Source: Rebecca billardiae RCC1528 (Eukaryota; Protista; Haptophyta). Taken from it: a stretch of 64,000 nt of DNA. Shown here piece after piece: positions 25,488 to 37,588 of this stretch (positions are counted from its first letter, which is position 1; each line of letters begins with the position of its first letter). Location: assembly GCA_965240325.2 (NCBI GenBank), contig OZ251243.1, positions 248,001-312,000 on the forward strand, in the 5' to 3' direction. A program made the translations under genes and the position numbers. Below the pieces are notes generated by a model. That model did no database searches, was not told the origin of the DNA, and saw only the letters and a program-made list of their open reading frames with translations.

Positions 25488-25923
25488 CAAGCAAAGAACG
25501 CAGAGGAGATGGCGGGACCTCGGGCTTTGCAGACGCGCAGGCCGAAGCAGGGGCTGCCGAGAGATGAGCAGCTCGGCCCGAAAGGTCGTGTAACCGATGA
25601 TCGAGCGAGCTCTGCTAGGTGGGCTGCTTGATATGAACTTTGGTAAGTTGCCACGCCGACTTAAGATGACCTTGTATATGATCTCGAGCGCCGGATAGTG
25701 GAGAGGAGCGGGTACTTACAGAGGAGCCAGTGTGGTTGGCCGATATGAAAGGACCAGCGCCCGCCATGATGATGATAAAGGATAGCTCCGTGGCCGATGA
25801 GCTCCGGAAATCGACTGCAACTACCTGCAGGACCTAGAAGACGATGGCGGCCCTTGTCCACCAGCTGCGCGTTGCCTTTCCAGCCTCCCGACACACTCGG
25901 TTATAACTCCGTTATAACGCCAC
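25488..25923 (-). repeat. Split direct repeat A2
   Basis: Copy of 29073-29508 (offset 3585). Confidence 0.95.
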
Positions 25924-26182
25924 GTGTCCTCCTGCATGAAGAGCGACGCGACGCCATTGAGTATGGAGGAACATCACCCACAGTCTGCGTGATGTGCATG
26001 CGAGGGCAGGTATTGCAGCATATATGCGAGCATGCAGCAAATGCCGATACACACCATGCCGAAATGGTGATGTATAAATATATACTTGCGCGTGGTGGGG
26101 ATTTGTCCCTGGCTGAACGGGAAGAGCGACTGAGCCGACGGTGCCAAAGCTGCGCGCAGACTGCGCCAGCGTGTGGCAGCAA
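25924..26182 (-). repeat. Split direct repeat B1 (abuts A2)
   Basis: Copy of 25127-25385. Confidence 0.95.
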
Positions 26183-26402
26183 GGTCCCGTTTGTGAGCAG
26201 GAGAGATCCCGTTGAGGATGAGGGCGCTGCTGAGAGATGATGGAGGCGGATGACACGGAGGAGGCCAGAGGTCTGTAGCGCAAGGTGGCACGTCCTCGTT
26301 TTTGGGGGGGGGGGGGGGGGGGGGTTGAGGTTGCGTGCGTGTGCGCGCGCGCGCGCGCGTTGGGTAAGCGAGTTCGGGGGTGGGTGCGTGGGGACCTCCG
26401 GA

Positions 26403-27020
26403 CCTACAAAGGTCTGGCCCGCAAGGGCTGTGCCTACAAAGGCTGTGCCTACAAAGGTCACTGGTGTGCCTACAAAGGTCACGGATGTGCCTACAAAGGC
26501 TGTGCCTACAAAGGTCACTGGTGTGCCTACAAAGGTCACTGGTGTGGCCTACAAAGGTCACGGGTGTGCCTACAAAGGCTGTGCCTACAAAGGTCACGGG
26601 TGTGCCTACAAAGGCTGTGCCTACAAAGGTCACTGGTGTGCCTACAAAGGTCACTGGTGTGCCTACAAAGGTCACGGGTGTGCCTACAAAGGCTGTGCCT
26701 ACAAAGGTCACGGGTGTGCCTACAAAGGCTGTGCCTACAAAGGTCACTGGTGTGCCTACAAAGGTCACGGGTGTGCCTACAAAGGCTGTGCCTACAAAGG
26801 TCACGGGTGTGCCTACAAAGGCTGTGCCTACAAAGGTCACTGGTGTGCCTACAAAGGTCACGGGTGTGCCTACAAAGGCTGTGCCTACAAAGGTCACGGG
26901 TGTGCCTACAAAGGCTGTGCCTACAAAGGTCACGGGTGTGCCTACAAAGGCTGTGCCTACAAAGGTCACGGGTATGCCTGCAAAGGCTGTGCCCACAAAG
27001 GCTGGTGGCCTACAAAGGCT
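26403..27020. repeat. Minisatellite of ~33 units: core CCTACAAAGG with 15-nt (..CTGTG) and 21-nt (..TCACGGGTGTG / ..TCACTGGTGTG) variants
   Basis: Direct reading; lies inside the retroelement. Confidence 0.97.
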
Positions 27021-27234
27021 TGGCCGAAGCGTAGAGACGATGTTGCTGCAACTTGAGCGAGAGATGTGCGCCGCGTCGCCAGAGCGCGCCTCCCAGCGGA
27101 GCCGGCAACGCGTGCGCCGGTGCGAGGGCCGGATCCGGCTGCGAGCGCGACTGCAGCGCGAGCGCGACGGGCGGCGGCCGCCGCCAAACTGCGCCGCGCG
27201 ACTGGCGAGCAGTCGATGCAGCGGCGTCCGTGTC

Positions 27235-29079
27235 TCAGCGACAAGCGCCCACCGCGGGCGGCGCGCCACGGACTCGCGAGCGCCGCCACACCGGCCCAGG
27301 GTTGCTGGCCTCGCCCACGCGCTCACCGCGCAGCGGCATGGGCGGATCGGCAGCGAGGACGAGCGGACGCGAGAGCAGCGCGACGAGCTCGTCAAGCAGC
27401 GCCTGCACGCGCACGACGGGCACTGCGAGCCACGTCGGGCGTAGGCCGAGCTGGGCGCACAGGCGCTCGAGGACGCCAAACTCGCCGCGGCTAGCTGCGT
27501 CCGCCAACGGGTTCATCTCGGAGAGGAGGAACTCCGAGTCGGCCAGCTCTGCGATCGCCCGCCATTCAGGGGCGTCGAGCAGCGCGAGGTGCGCGTGCTG
27601 CAGCAGCGGGGAGTGCGCGGACAGGTTGTGGAGGATGTGGTCGGTGACAGAGCTGTCGGTGCGGAGCCGGATGACGGCGCCTGCAATGCGCGGCGCGAAG
27701 ATCAGCACGTTGGCGAACAGCGCGACGAACTCGAGCGCGACCACCGGCAGAGCGAGGTCCGACGCGCGCAAGGGCAGGCTCCAGCAGAGCCCGTGGGCGT
27801 AGCCCCCCAGCGACGGCACGCGCGCGCCATCCTTGGCGGCGTCCGAGAAGAGCACGAACGCAGGCGGCGCCGCGGCCGGCAGGTGCCGGCGGGTCGAGGG
27901 GCCCGGCAGCGCGTTGGAGAAGAGCACGCCCGCGGTGGAGCGCAGGAGCTTGGCCCAGCGCGCGCACGCGGCGCGGAGCGTGGCGGTGATGGGCACCGGC
28001 CGCGCTGGGTGGCGTCCGAGCTCGCCGAAGTGCGTGTACAGGCCGTAGAAGAACGTGCGGTTCGCCGGCGTGAGCGGGCGGAAGTGCTCGAGCAGACCGA
28101 CGAGCGCGCGAAAGGTAGAGAAGGGTACCGGCCTGCTCGCCAGCAAGTCGTCCAGGATGACGAGAGCGCGCAGGATCTTGGCCGGCGGCACCGCGAGGAC
28201 GCCAGCGCAGACGACAAAGTCGCAGCCGAGCCAGAGCGCTGACTGGCCGATTTGGCGCTTCTCGGGGATGGCCATGAGCAGGCCGAGGCTGGTGGTGACG
28301 CGGTGCCAGACGGAGAGAAAGCGCACCGTTCTGTCCACGCCGACGATGGAGAAGTTGGTGTCGTCCGTGAAGCAGTCGCCGCTGAAGAGGCGCAGCTGGG
28401 GGCGCCGCGTGGTCACCGCGAGCGCACGGCGCTGCTCGATCCAGCTGCGCACAGCAGGGGGCGTCAGCGGGTCAGCGAGCATCGCCTCGAAGCGCGGCAG
28501 CTCCTCGTCGTCGAAGCACCGCGAGGCGATCTGCACGACGGTCGTGCTTAGGCGCTGCGCGATGTTACTGCTGGGCGAGAGCCCAAAGCCGAGGCGCGAC
28601 TCAGAGACGACGACGTGGCCGCCGGCGGCAACGCCCTCGCCGTCCGGCCGCAGCCAGAGGAGGCAGACGTTTGGCAGCTCGGCCGTTGCGACGCCGAGGT
28701 GGTTGAAGAAGTCGGCCACGTCGTCTGTGAGCGTGAGTATTGGCTCGCCAAACACGGCGGCGGCGTCGAGCAGGATCGCGTTGTCGTGCATCTTGCCGCC
28801 GACCGTGGGCTTGGCTTCGCGCGGCCACTTGCGCGGCGGCGCGCGCGGCAGGGTGGGCGTAAGACCCGCTGCGATCATCCGCTCGGCCGCGGCGGACGGG
28901 GCAGCCGCTGCTGGGCGGGGCACGTCGTGCCAGCCCGCGGCCGCGTCAGCGACCTCGTCGTGGAGACCGACAGCGACGTTGAGCGGGATGACAGGCACGC
29001 CAGCTGTGTCGACGAGCGCGCGGCGGGGCGCGCCGCCATCGGTCGTGCGGCGGTGCCGGTCCGGCTCGAGCTCAAGCAA
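27235..29079 (-). pseudogene. DIRS/Ngaro-type reverse transcriptase-RNase H ORF, probably 5'-truncated
   Basis: RT: DDVADFFNHL, RLGFGLSPSSNIAQR, CFTDD (YxDD equivalent), PEK..WLG. RNase H: LFSDAA..LGGY, VALEFVAL, RTDSSV, NPLADAASRG. No ATG start; the ORF begins at the A1 boundary. Confidence 0.85.
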
Positions 29080-29508
29080 AGAACGCAGAGGAGATGGCGG
29101 GACCTCGGGCTTTGCAGATGCGCAGGCCGAAGCAGGGGCTGCCGAGAGATGAGCAGCTCGGCCCGAAAGGTCGTGTAACCGATGATCGAGCGAGCTCTGC
29201 TAGGTGGGCTGCTTGATATGAACTTTGGTAAGTTGCCACGCCGACTTAAGATGACCTTGTATATGATCTCGAGCGCCGGATAGTGGAGAGGAGCGGGTAC
29301 TTACAGAGGAGCCAGTGTGGTTGGCCGATATGAAAGGACCAGCGCCCGCCATGATGATGATAAAGGATAGCTCCGTGGCCGATGAGCTCCGGAAATCGAC
29401 TGCAACTACCTGCAGGACCTAGAAGACGATGGCGGCCCTTGTCCACCAGCTGCGCGTTGCCTTTCCAGCCTCCTGACACACTCGGTTATAACTCCGTTAT
29501 AACGCCAC
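29073..29508 (-). repeat. Split direct repeat A1 (element 5' end)
   Basis: Copy of 25488-25923, followed on the + strand by (TA)n. Confidence 0.95.
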
Positions 29509-29661
29509 ATATATATATATATTTCATTATATATATATCCGATATTATATATATAATTATATATAACTAGTAATAGTCTAAGTCGTGGCGGCATCATCGC
29601 GGAATTCGCGGATCAGATTCTGGGCCTGACCGGAAGGCGGAACTGGCGTTCCGCCTGCTGA

Positions 29662-32600
29662 TCACGCCGACTCGATCAGCAGCCGGCCGCCGCCCTCCTC
29701 GCTGAGCGCGCCGCCGCCGCCGCCGCCGCCGTCCCCGCGCGTGAGCAGCAGCGAGCACATGCGCCGGCACAGCGCCTCGACGAGCTGCCAGCGCGGCGGC
29801 GCGACCACCTGGATCTTGTTGGACGCAGGGCCGGCGCCGGCGGCGGCGGCGGCGCCGCCGCCCGCCGCGCCGCCCGCCGCGCCGGGCAGCGCGTGGCGCA
29901 TGGCCTGCAGCCTCTTGAGCAGAGGCACGAGCTCGGAGGCGGCGAGCCGCGCGATCTCCGACCACTCGGCTGCGGAGACGCGCGAAACGGCCGCGCCGCC
30001 GCCGCCGCGCGCGCCGTCCGCGCCGCCGGGCGTGCGTGCGCCCGCCGCCGCGCCCGCCGCGCCCGCGCCCACAACCGGCGGCGGCGCGGCGGCGCGCGCG
30101 CGGAAGAGCCGCAGGTGCGAGTGCAGCAGCAGCAGCGCGCTCTCCAGCATCGTTAGCAGCAGGCTGCAGCGCGCCGCCTCGGACCGCGCGCACGCGTCGA
30201 TCGCCGCCGCCGCCTGCGCGCGCGCGGGGGGGCGTGCGTGGGCGCGGCGCGCGTGAGGCGGGGGCGCACTGCTGCGAGGCGGCGCGGGCGGCGGGCCTCG
30301 CGCGCACCTCCGCGGCCGAGTCGATCCCAGCGCCGCCGCCGCCTCCGCCGCCGCCGCCGTCATCCGCGCGCGCGCTCGGCGGCGCGTAGCTTCCATTGGC
30401 AAACGGCGCGGCCAGCAGACGAGCCTCCTGTGCGCGCGGCGCGGGCGCACAGGCGCGGGCGGCGGCGCGTGAGGGGCGGCGCGCGCGGCGGCGAGGCGGC
30501 GGCGCGGAGGGCGCGGTCTGCCGCCCCTCGTGCCGCGCGCCGCCGCGCGGCCGCGCGCGCACCTGCGTCGTCGTCGCACCCGCGGCGAGCTGCGCGGCCG
30601 CGCGCTGCGCGCGGCCGTGCGCGTCGAGGCCGCTGCCGAGCTCGCGCGAGAGGGCGGCTGCCCACGAGACGAGGCAGCCGAGGGGCGGCGCGCCGCCGCC
30701 GCTCGCCGCCGCCGCCGCCGCCGCGCCCGTCGTGGCGAGCGTGGGCGCGAAGAGCGCGATCGCGTCCGCACCGTCGGCGGCGCCACCGCCGCCGTCCGCG
30801 CCGCCGGGCGCCGCCGCGGCCGCGCGCGCATAGCTCAGTAGCATGAAGGCGGTGCGCACCGCGGCGGGCGGCGTGCGGCGGTGCAGCGGCGCGCCCGCGT
30901 GCGCGTACAGCCGGCGCAGCGCGGCGTGGTGCAGCTTGAGCGCCGCGCCCACGCCCACCGCCGCGCTCAGCCGCCCCTGCTGCCCTGCCGCGTGCAAGTG
31001 CGCCAGCATGGCCGCCACCAGCTCGGTGCCCTCGAGCGAGAGCTCTGCCCAGCGCGGCAGCGGCAGCGGCGGCGCGCCCAGCAGCGCGAGGCCCTCCCCG
31101 GGGCCGTGCCCGCCGCCGCCGCCGCCGCCCTCCTCGTCCGCGGCGGCGGCGGCGGCGGCCATCAGTTCGAGCGGCGACGTGTCCTGCGCGGGCGGCGGCG
31201 GAGGCGCGCGGGCGGCGGCGGAGGCGCGCGGGCGGCGGCGGAGGCGCGCGGGCGGCGCCGGAGGCGGCGGGTGTGCGCGCGTGAGCCCGCTGCCGCGCTG
31301 TGCTGCGCGCTGTGCACTGTGCTGTGCACTGTGCTGTGCTGTACTGTGCTGTGCTGTGTGCTGTGCCGTGTGCTGTGCTGTGTGCTGTGCCGTGTGCTGT
31401 GCTGTGTGCTGTGCCGTGTGCTGTGCTGTGCTGTGCAGTGCGCTGCCCGCTGCCCGCTGCGTGCGCCTCACCTTGAGCAGCCGGTACGCGCCCTTGAGAG
31501 CGGCCTCGTCACACCCCACCCCCTCGAGCAGCACCGAGCTCACCGCCGCGTGGCCCGGCGGCAGCGCCGACGCCACGGCCACCACGAGCCGGAGCAGCGG
31601 CAGCGTCGCGCGCAGGTAGAGCTCGAGCGAGGGCGGCGCGCCCGCCGCCGCCGCCGCCGCGGCGGCGGCGAGGCCGGCGGTCGCGCCGCCAGCGGTCGCG
31701 CCACCGGCGGCGGGCCCCGGCGGCGGCGCCGGGCCGGCGAGGGGAAATGCGTCGGCTGCAAAGAGGGGGCGCATCGCGAGGAGCGGCGCGCGGCAGAGCC
31801 CGTGCAGCACGGCGCTGCTGAGCAGCGCGCTGCTCGCGGCCGGGCCCTGCGGCGGCGGGCGCGGGCGCGCGCGCGCGCGCGCGCGGCGGCGTGAGCGCGC
31901 GAGCCGCGTGGCGCGCGCACGCGAGGGCGGCGGCGCGCGGCGCGGCGCGGCTCGGCTCGCGCGGCAAGCCGCCCGCCGCGCGGCGCGGCGCACCTGCATC
32001 GCCAGCCGGAGCAGCAGGCTGCTCAGCGCCTCCCACGCGCACAGCGGCGCGAGGCGCGAGGGCGGCACCGAGCGCGACGCGCCCGCGCACGCGCGCAGCA
32101 GCTTTACCAGCGCGCCGCAGCCGCCCGCGTCGGCGTCGGCGTCGGCGGCGGGCGCGCGCGCGAGCGCGGACGCGGCGTGCGCGAGGCGGCCCGTCGTGAG
32201 CAGCGCCTCGACGAGCCGGCCGCAGATCGGGCCGAAGCGCGCGGCGTCGGCGCGGCCGGCGGACGCACCGCCGCCGCCGCCGCCGCCGCCGCCGTCGGCG
32301 CCGCGCTCGGCGCCGCGCGCTGCCCCCGAGGCCGTGCCGCCGCCGTCGGCGCGGCCTGCGGCGCGTGCGCCCGCCGCCGCGCCGCCGTGCGCGTGCGCCG
32401 GCGGCGGCGCGTCGAAGGCGAGCAGCGCGTCGAGCAGCGCCGAGCCGACGGCGCACGCCGCGCCCGCCGCGCCCAGCGCCGCGCCGCCCTCGGCGCGCCC
32501 CGCCGCGCCGCCGCCGCCGCCGCCGCCGTGCGCGGCATCCGGCTCGGCGGGCGGCGGCGGCGCGAGCGCAGACGCGCTGCAGACGTCAGCGGCGACCACG

Positions 32601-33753
32601 TCGATGAAGGATGGCGTCGCGCGCACCGCGCGACGCACCACCTCGGCGTGCTCCGAGTGCGCGAGCTCGAGCTGGTCCGCCGGGCCGCCGCCAGCGCCGC
32701 CGCCGTCGCCAAAGCCGCCGCCGCCATCGAGGGCGGTGGACGCGGCGGCGCCGCCCGCGCCGCCGCCCGCGCCGCCGCCCGCCGCCGCGTCCGCGCCGCC
32801 CGCGGCGAGCGCGGCGGCGCGCGCGCACGCGAGCAGCGCGAGCACGCACGCGTACAGCTGCGCGCGCGCGCCCGGCCCGGCGTCCGCCGCGCGCGCCGTC
32901 GCCTGCAGCGCCACGCCGAGGGTGTCGGACAGGTCGGCCGCGGAGAGCGCGGCGCGCGGCGCGCCGGAGTGCGCGGCCACGCCGAGCGCGGCCGCGGTCG
33001 GCGCCGCGCCGCCAAAGCCGAGCCAGCTCGGCGGCGGCGCGGGCGCGCCGCCGCCGCTCCCAACGCCGCCCACGCCGCCCGTCGGCCCGAGCCAGCGCAG
33101 CAGCGGCTCGGCGAGCGCGAGCGCGGCGTCGCTGAGGGCAGGCTTGGCTCGCGCGTGCGCCGCGCGCGCCGCGCCGCCGACGCGCGCGCCACCCGCAACC
33201 TCCTCGAGCACTCGGCGCAGCAGCGAGCAGGCGATGAGCCCGAGCCGCGCCGCGCCGGCGTCGCCGCCGCCGGGCGCGCCGCCGGGCGCGCCGCCGGGCG
33301 CGCCGCCCGGCGCGAGCCCCGCGCCGCCGGGCGCGGCGCGCGGCTCGGCGGCGGCGGCGAGCGCGCGCGCGTGCTCGGAGCTCAGCGCGAGCTGCGCGGC
33401 CGCCGACAGCGCGCGCAGCGCGTGCGCGTGCGCGCCGAGCACCTCGACGGCGCCGTTCCAGCGCACGGCGCGCGCGAGACACTCGCGCGCCACGGCCGTG
33501 CTCAACCGCGCCCCGCCGCCGCCGCCGCCGCCGCCGCCGGGCGAAGCCGCCGCGTGCTGCATGCCTCCGCCGTACGTGCGCGCGCCGGGACCAGCGCCTC
33601 CCATGGCGCCGCCGCCGCCGCCGCCGCCCTCGCTCGCGGCCAGGTGCTCGTGGTACGCGCGCACGTCGACGAGGAACGTGCCGCGCGCGTCCGCGCGCAC
33701 GAACGACGCCGCGTCGCGCGGCAGGCCCGCCGCCGCCACGCCGCCGCCGCCGC

Positions 33754-33799
<46 letters not shown>

Positions 33800-34580
33800 C
33801 GCCGCCGCACCCCACCCGTCAGCGGCGTCGGCGCCGGGCGCGGGCGACTCGGCGCCCGAGCGCGCGCCGCCGCCGCCGCTGCCGCCCGGCGCGAGCGGCA
33901 GCGTGACCGTGTGCCCGACGGCGAAGACGCGGCTCAGCAGCACGTGCAGGAGCGCGCCGCTGCCCGAGGCGGCGGCGGCGGGCGGCGGCGGCGCGCCGGT
34001 GTAGGCGGCGCCGGCGGCGTGCTCGGCCAGCGCGGCGGCGGAGTGCCACGCGGCTGAGCCGCCCGCCGGGTCGGCGGCCAAGTCCGCACGCGCCGCGCCG
34101 TCCGCGCCCACGATCGCCAGCACGAGCGCGGACGGCAGCGCGGCCGTGCCCGGCCGCGCCGCGCCGCCGCCGCCGGGCGCGCCGCGCCGCCGCGCCGCCG
34201 CCGCCTCTTCAGCGGCGCGCTGCGAAGCGGCCGCCTGCGCGCAGACGAGCTGCGCGGCGAAGGCGATCGTGTGCAGATAGGACGCGCGCGCGGAGGCGGA
34301 GGCGCCGCCGCCGCCGTCCGCGCCCGCGTCGGCCGCGTCGGCCACGCCGCCGCCGCGCGCCGCGCCGCCGCCCACGCCGGACGGCGGCGGCGCGGCCGGC
34401 GCGACGTAGTCGTCTGGTGCGTGCCTCGCAAGCGCGAGCAGGTGGGCGGCGGGCAGGTCGACGCTGGCGCCCGAGTCGGTCGGCGCGGCGTACTGCCGCA
34501 GCGCGCGCGCCATCGTCGGCGCCGCGCGCTCGTGCCGCGCCAGCGCCGCCAGCAGCCGCGTCGCCAGCTCTGAGACGGCG

Positions 34581-34621
<41 letters not shown>

Positions 34622-35236
34622 GCCGTCGGCGGCGGCGGCGCCGACGGCGGCGTGGAGGTGGTGGCGGTGCGAGGGCTCGAGCTGGCCGACCCACACGCGC
34701 TCGGAGAGCAGGCCGATGATCGCGGCGAGCAGCTCCGAGCCGCACCCGCCCTCCACGCCGCCGCCGAGCCGCGCGGCGGATGCGTCGAGCCACGCGCCGT
34801 CCGCGTCGGGCGGAGCGCCGAGGCCGGCGGCGGCGCGCGCGAGCGCGGCCGCGCGCCGCTCGGCGACGGGCGGCGGCGGCGCGAGCGGCACGCCGAGCAT
34901 CTGCTCTGCGAAGAGCGCGCGCTCGCCGCCCGACGCCGCGCTCGCCACCTCCGCCGCGAGCAGCTGCAGCAGCTCGAGCGTCACGCTCGTCACCGCGCTC
35001 GACGGCGGCGCGGCGGCGCGCGAGCCCGCCGCCGCGCCGCCGCCGCCGCCGCCGCCGCCGGGCGCGTCCGCGCCGCCCGACCCGTCGAGCGCGGTGGGCA
35101 GGGCCTGGTCTGGCGCGGCGACGGGCGCGTCGGCGTGCGCCGCCACGCCGTGCACGCCCGCGCCCAGCGTGCGCGCGTCGAGCGAGCCCGCGCCCAGCAC
35201 CTGCCAGGGAGGCAGCGCGGCCGCCCACGCGCGGCC

Positions 35237-35269
<33 letters not shown>

Positions 35270-36243
35270 ATCGTCGTCGTCGTCGTCGGCGTCGGCGTCG
35301 GCGGCGTCGGCGTACGCGGCGGCGTGCGGCGCGCTGTCCGCGAGCGCGAGCACCGCGCGCGCCAGCCCGTGCCGCACCGCGCCCAGCTCCGCCGAGTGGC
35401 GCAGCAGCCGAGCCACCAGCGGCGGAGACACGCGGCCGGCACTGCCGCCCAACCCGCCGCCGCCGCCCAGCTCGTCGTCCGCCGCGCGGCCCGCGGCGAG
35501 CACGGCGCGCAGCAGCTGCGCCGAGAGCACCGACGCGCCCGCGGGCAGCGCGAGCGGCACGGCATGCAGCAGCGCCACCAGCGCCACGCCCTCCGAGCCG
35601 CCGCCGCCGCCGCCGCCGCCCGCGCCGCCGCCGCCGCCGCCGTCGGCCGCCACGAGCCAGCCGCCGCCGCCGCCGTCCGCGTCCGCGCCCGCGGCGGCGG
35701 CGGCTGCGGCGGACGCGGACGCGGCGCCTCCGCGCAGCTGCACGGGCTCGAGCAGCAGCGCCGCGACCGACGACGCGTGCGCGCACCGCCGCACCTCCGC
35801 CGAGATCAGCGCCTGGAGCGCCGCGACGGTTGGCGCGTCCGCGCGCGCGTGCTGAGCCGCGGCGGTCAGCCGCGCCTCCGCGTCGCGCCGCCACGCGTCG
35901 AACTGCGCCTCGCGGCGCTGCGCGAGCCAGAGCAGCCGGATCGCCGCGGCCGCGACGTGCCGCGCGGCCAGCGCGCACGCGCGCGCGTCCGCCGCGTGCG
36001 CCGCGCCGCCCACGCCCCACCACAGCTCGGCGGAGGCGAAGCCCGCGGACGCTGCGAGCGCGCCGCCGCCGCCCGCGGCCGCGCTCAGCCGCGCGACAGC
36101 GTCGAGCAGCGAGCGGGCGAGGGCGCGGCGGAACATCGGGCGGCAGAGCACCGCGCTGAGCACCTCGAAGCCCGCCGCGCCCGTGCGCCGCGCCCAGCCC
36201 GCCTCGACCGCCGCGCGCGCCGCCGCCGCCGCGCCGCCGTCCG

Positions 36244-36275
<32 letters not shown>

Positions 36276-37556
36276 GCGTCCGCCGCCGCCGTCAGCACCT
36301 CGGCCACCGTGTCGGCGGGGGCGATCGCGAGCGGCGCAAAGCCCGAGAGGAGCTCTGCGCACGCGGAGAGCGCGCTCGCCACCAGCCGCGCGCGCTCGGC
36401 GCCGCTCGCGAACGGCACCGCGTCCGAGCCCTCCACCACCGTGCCGATCAGCAGCGAAGCACACGGCCGCCACGCCGGCCCCGGGAGCAAGCGAGCGCAC
36501 GCGTGCGCGCGCAGCGCTGCGCGCGCGACGGGCGGCGGCGCGGCGCGGGCGGGCGGGGAAGGGGGCGTGAGCGCGCGCGCGCGCGCCGAGCGGCACGCGC
36601 GGGGCGAGCGCGGCACACGCCGCACGCCGCACGGCACAGGGCACACTGCACACGGCACACCGCGCACGCCGCGCCGCGCACGCGCCGCGCACGCGCCGTG
36701 TGCGCGCCGCGCCGCGCCGCGCCGCGGCGCTGTGACGCTGCGCCGCGCCGCGCGCACCGGCCCAGAGCAGCGAGCTGAACGCGCTGGTCTCGGGGTAGCG
36801 CAGGTGCAGCACCTCGACCTCGCGCATGTCCACCGCCACGCCCGCCGCCATCGCGTAGTGGTCGAGGTAGTGCAAGATCTGCACCAGCGCGCCGCCATCG
36901 TCGGGCGCGCCCTCGCCGCCGCCGCCGCCGCCGCCGAGCGCGGCCGAGCGCGGCCGCGGCGGCGGCGGCGCGTTGTAGGCGAATGCGGCGAGGGCGGAGT
37001 AGACGGCGGCCTTGACCTCGGGCGTGACGCGCGCGAGCGCGAGCTGCACGAGCAGCGCGATCGGCCGCTCCGACCGCGCGAGCAGCGCGCGCACGCGCCC
37101 CGAGCCGCGCACGACCGCCGTCACGAGCGCCAGCGCGGCCTCGGTCGAGCGCTCGGCGACCGCTAGGCGCGCGCGCATCGCAGAGCTCTCGGGCGCCTCG
37201 CGCGGCAGCGCGGAGCCGAGGAGCTGCTCGAGCTGCTGCAGGTACGCCTCCATCCCGAGGAACACCCACTCGAGCGAGAGGCACTTGAGCATCGGCTGCT
37301 CCGACTGCCGCCACTCCGAGAGCGTCTCGAAGGCGCGCTCGGCGCACGCGCCGCCGCACACCGCGCGCGCGAGGCACGCACACAGCTGTGGGAACAGCGC
37401 GCGCGGGAGCTGCGCGCCGAGCGCGCGGACGAAGCGGTGCTCGGGCGCGTCGCGCGCCCAGTACCGCGCGCACAGCGCGGGCACGCCGAACGCGCACGCG
37501 CCGCACAGCTCGAGCAGCTCGCTCAGCCGCAGGTACGCCGCGGGCGGCGCGCGAGA

Positions 37557-37588
<32 letters not shown>

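Larger units (their letters stand above)
25127..29508 (-). mobile_element. DIRS-order (tyrosine-recombinase class) retrotransposon, Ngaro/PAT-type split direct repeats A1-[RT/RH]-B1-A2-B2; internally deleted
   Basis: A1 29508-29073 matches A2 25923-25488 (436 bp, 2 differences seen). B1 26182-25924 matches B2 25385-25127 (259 bp, 1 difference seen). DIRS-type RT-RNase H inside; (TA)n on both flanks; no TSD resolvable. Confidence 0.9.

Noticed and set aside
26403-27020. CRISPR-like array next to a reverse transcriptase
   Set aside because: Inter-repeat segments are 5-11 nt and themselves repeated; there are no unique spacers or cas genes, and the context is eukaryotic.
26966-27289. Remnant tyrosine recombinase downstream of NPGP
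   Set aside because: No R-K-H-R-H/W-Y catalytic motifs are visible in any frame.
25127-29508. Conventional LTR retrotransposon
   Set aside because: The repeats are split (A1..B1-A2-B2) rather than two terminal LTRs; no integrase, PBS or TSD was seen, and the RNase H is DIRS-type.
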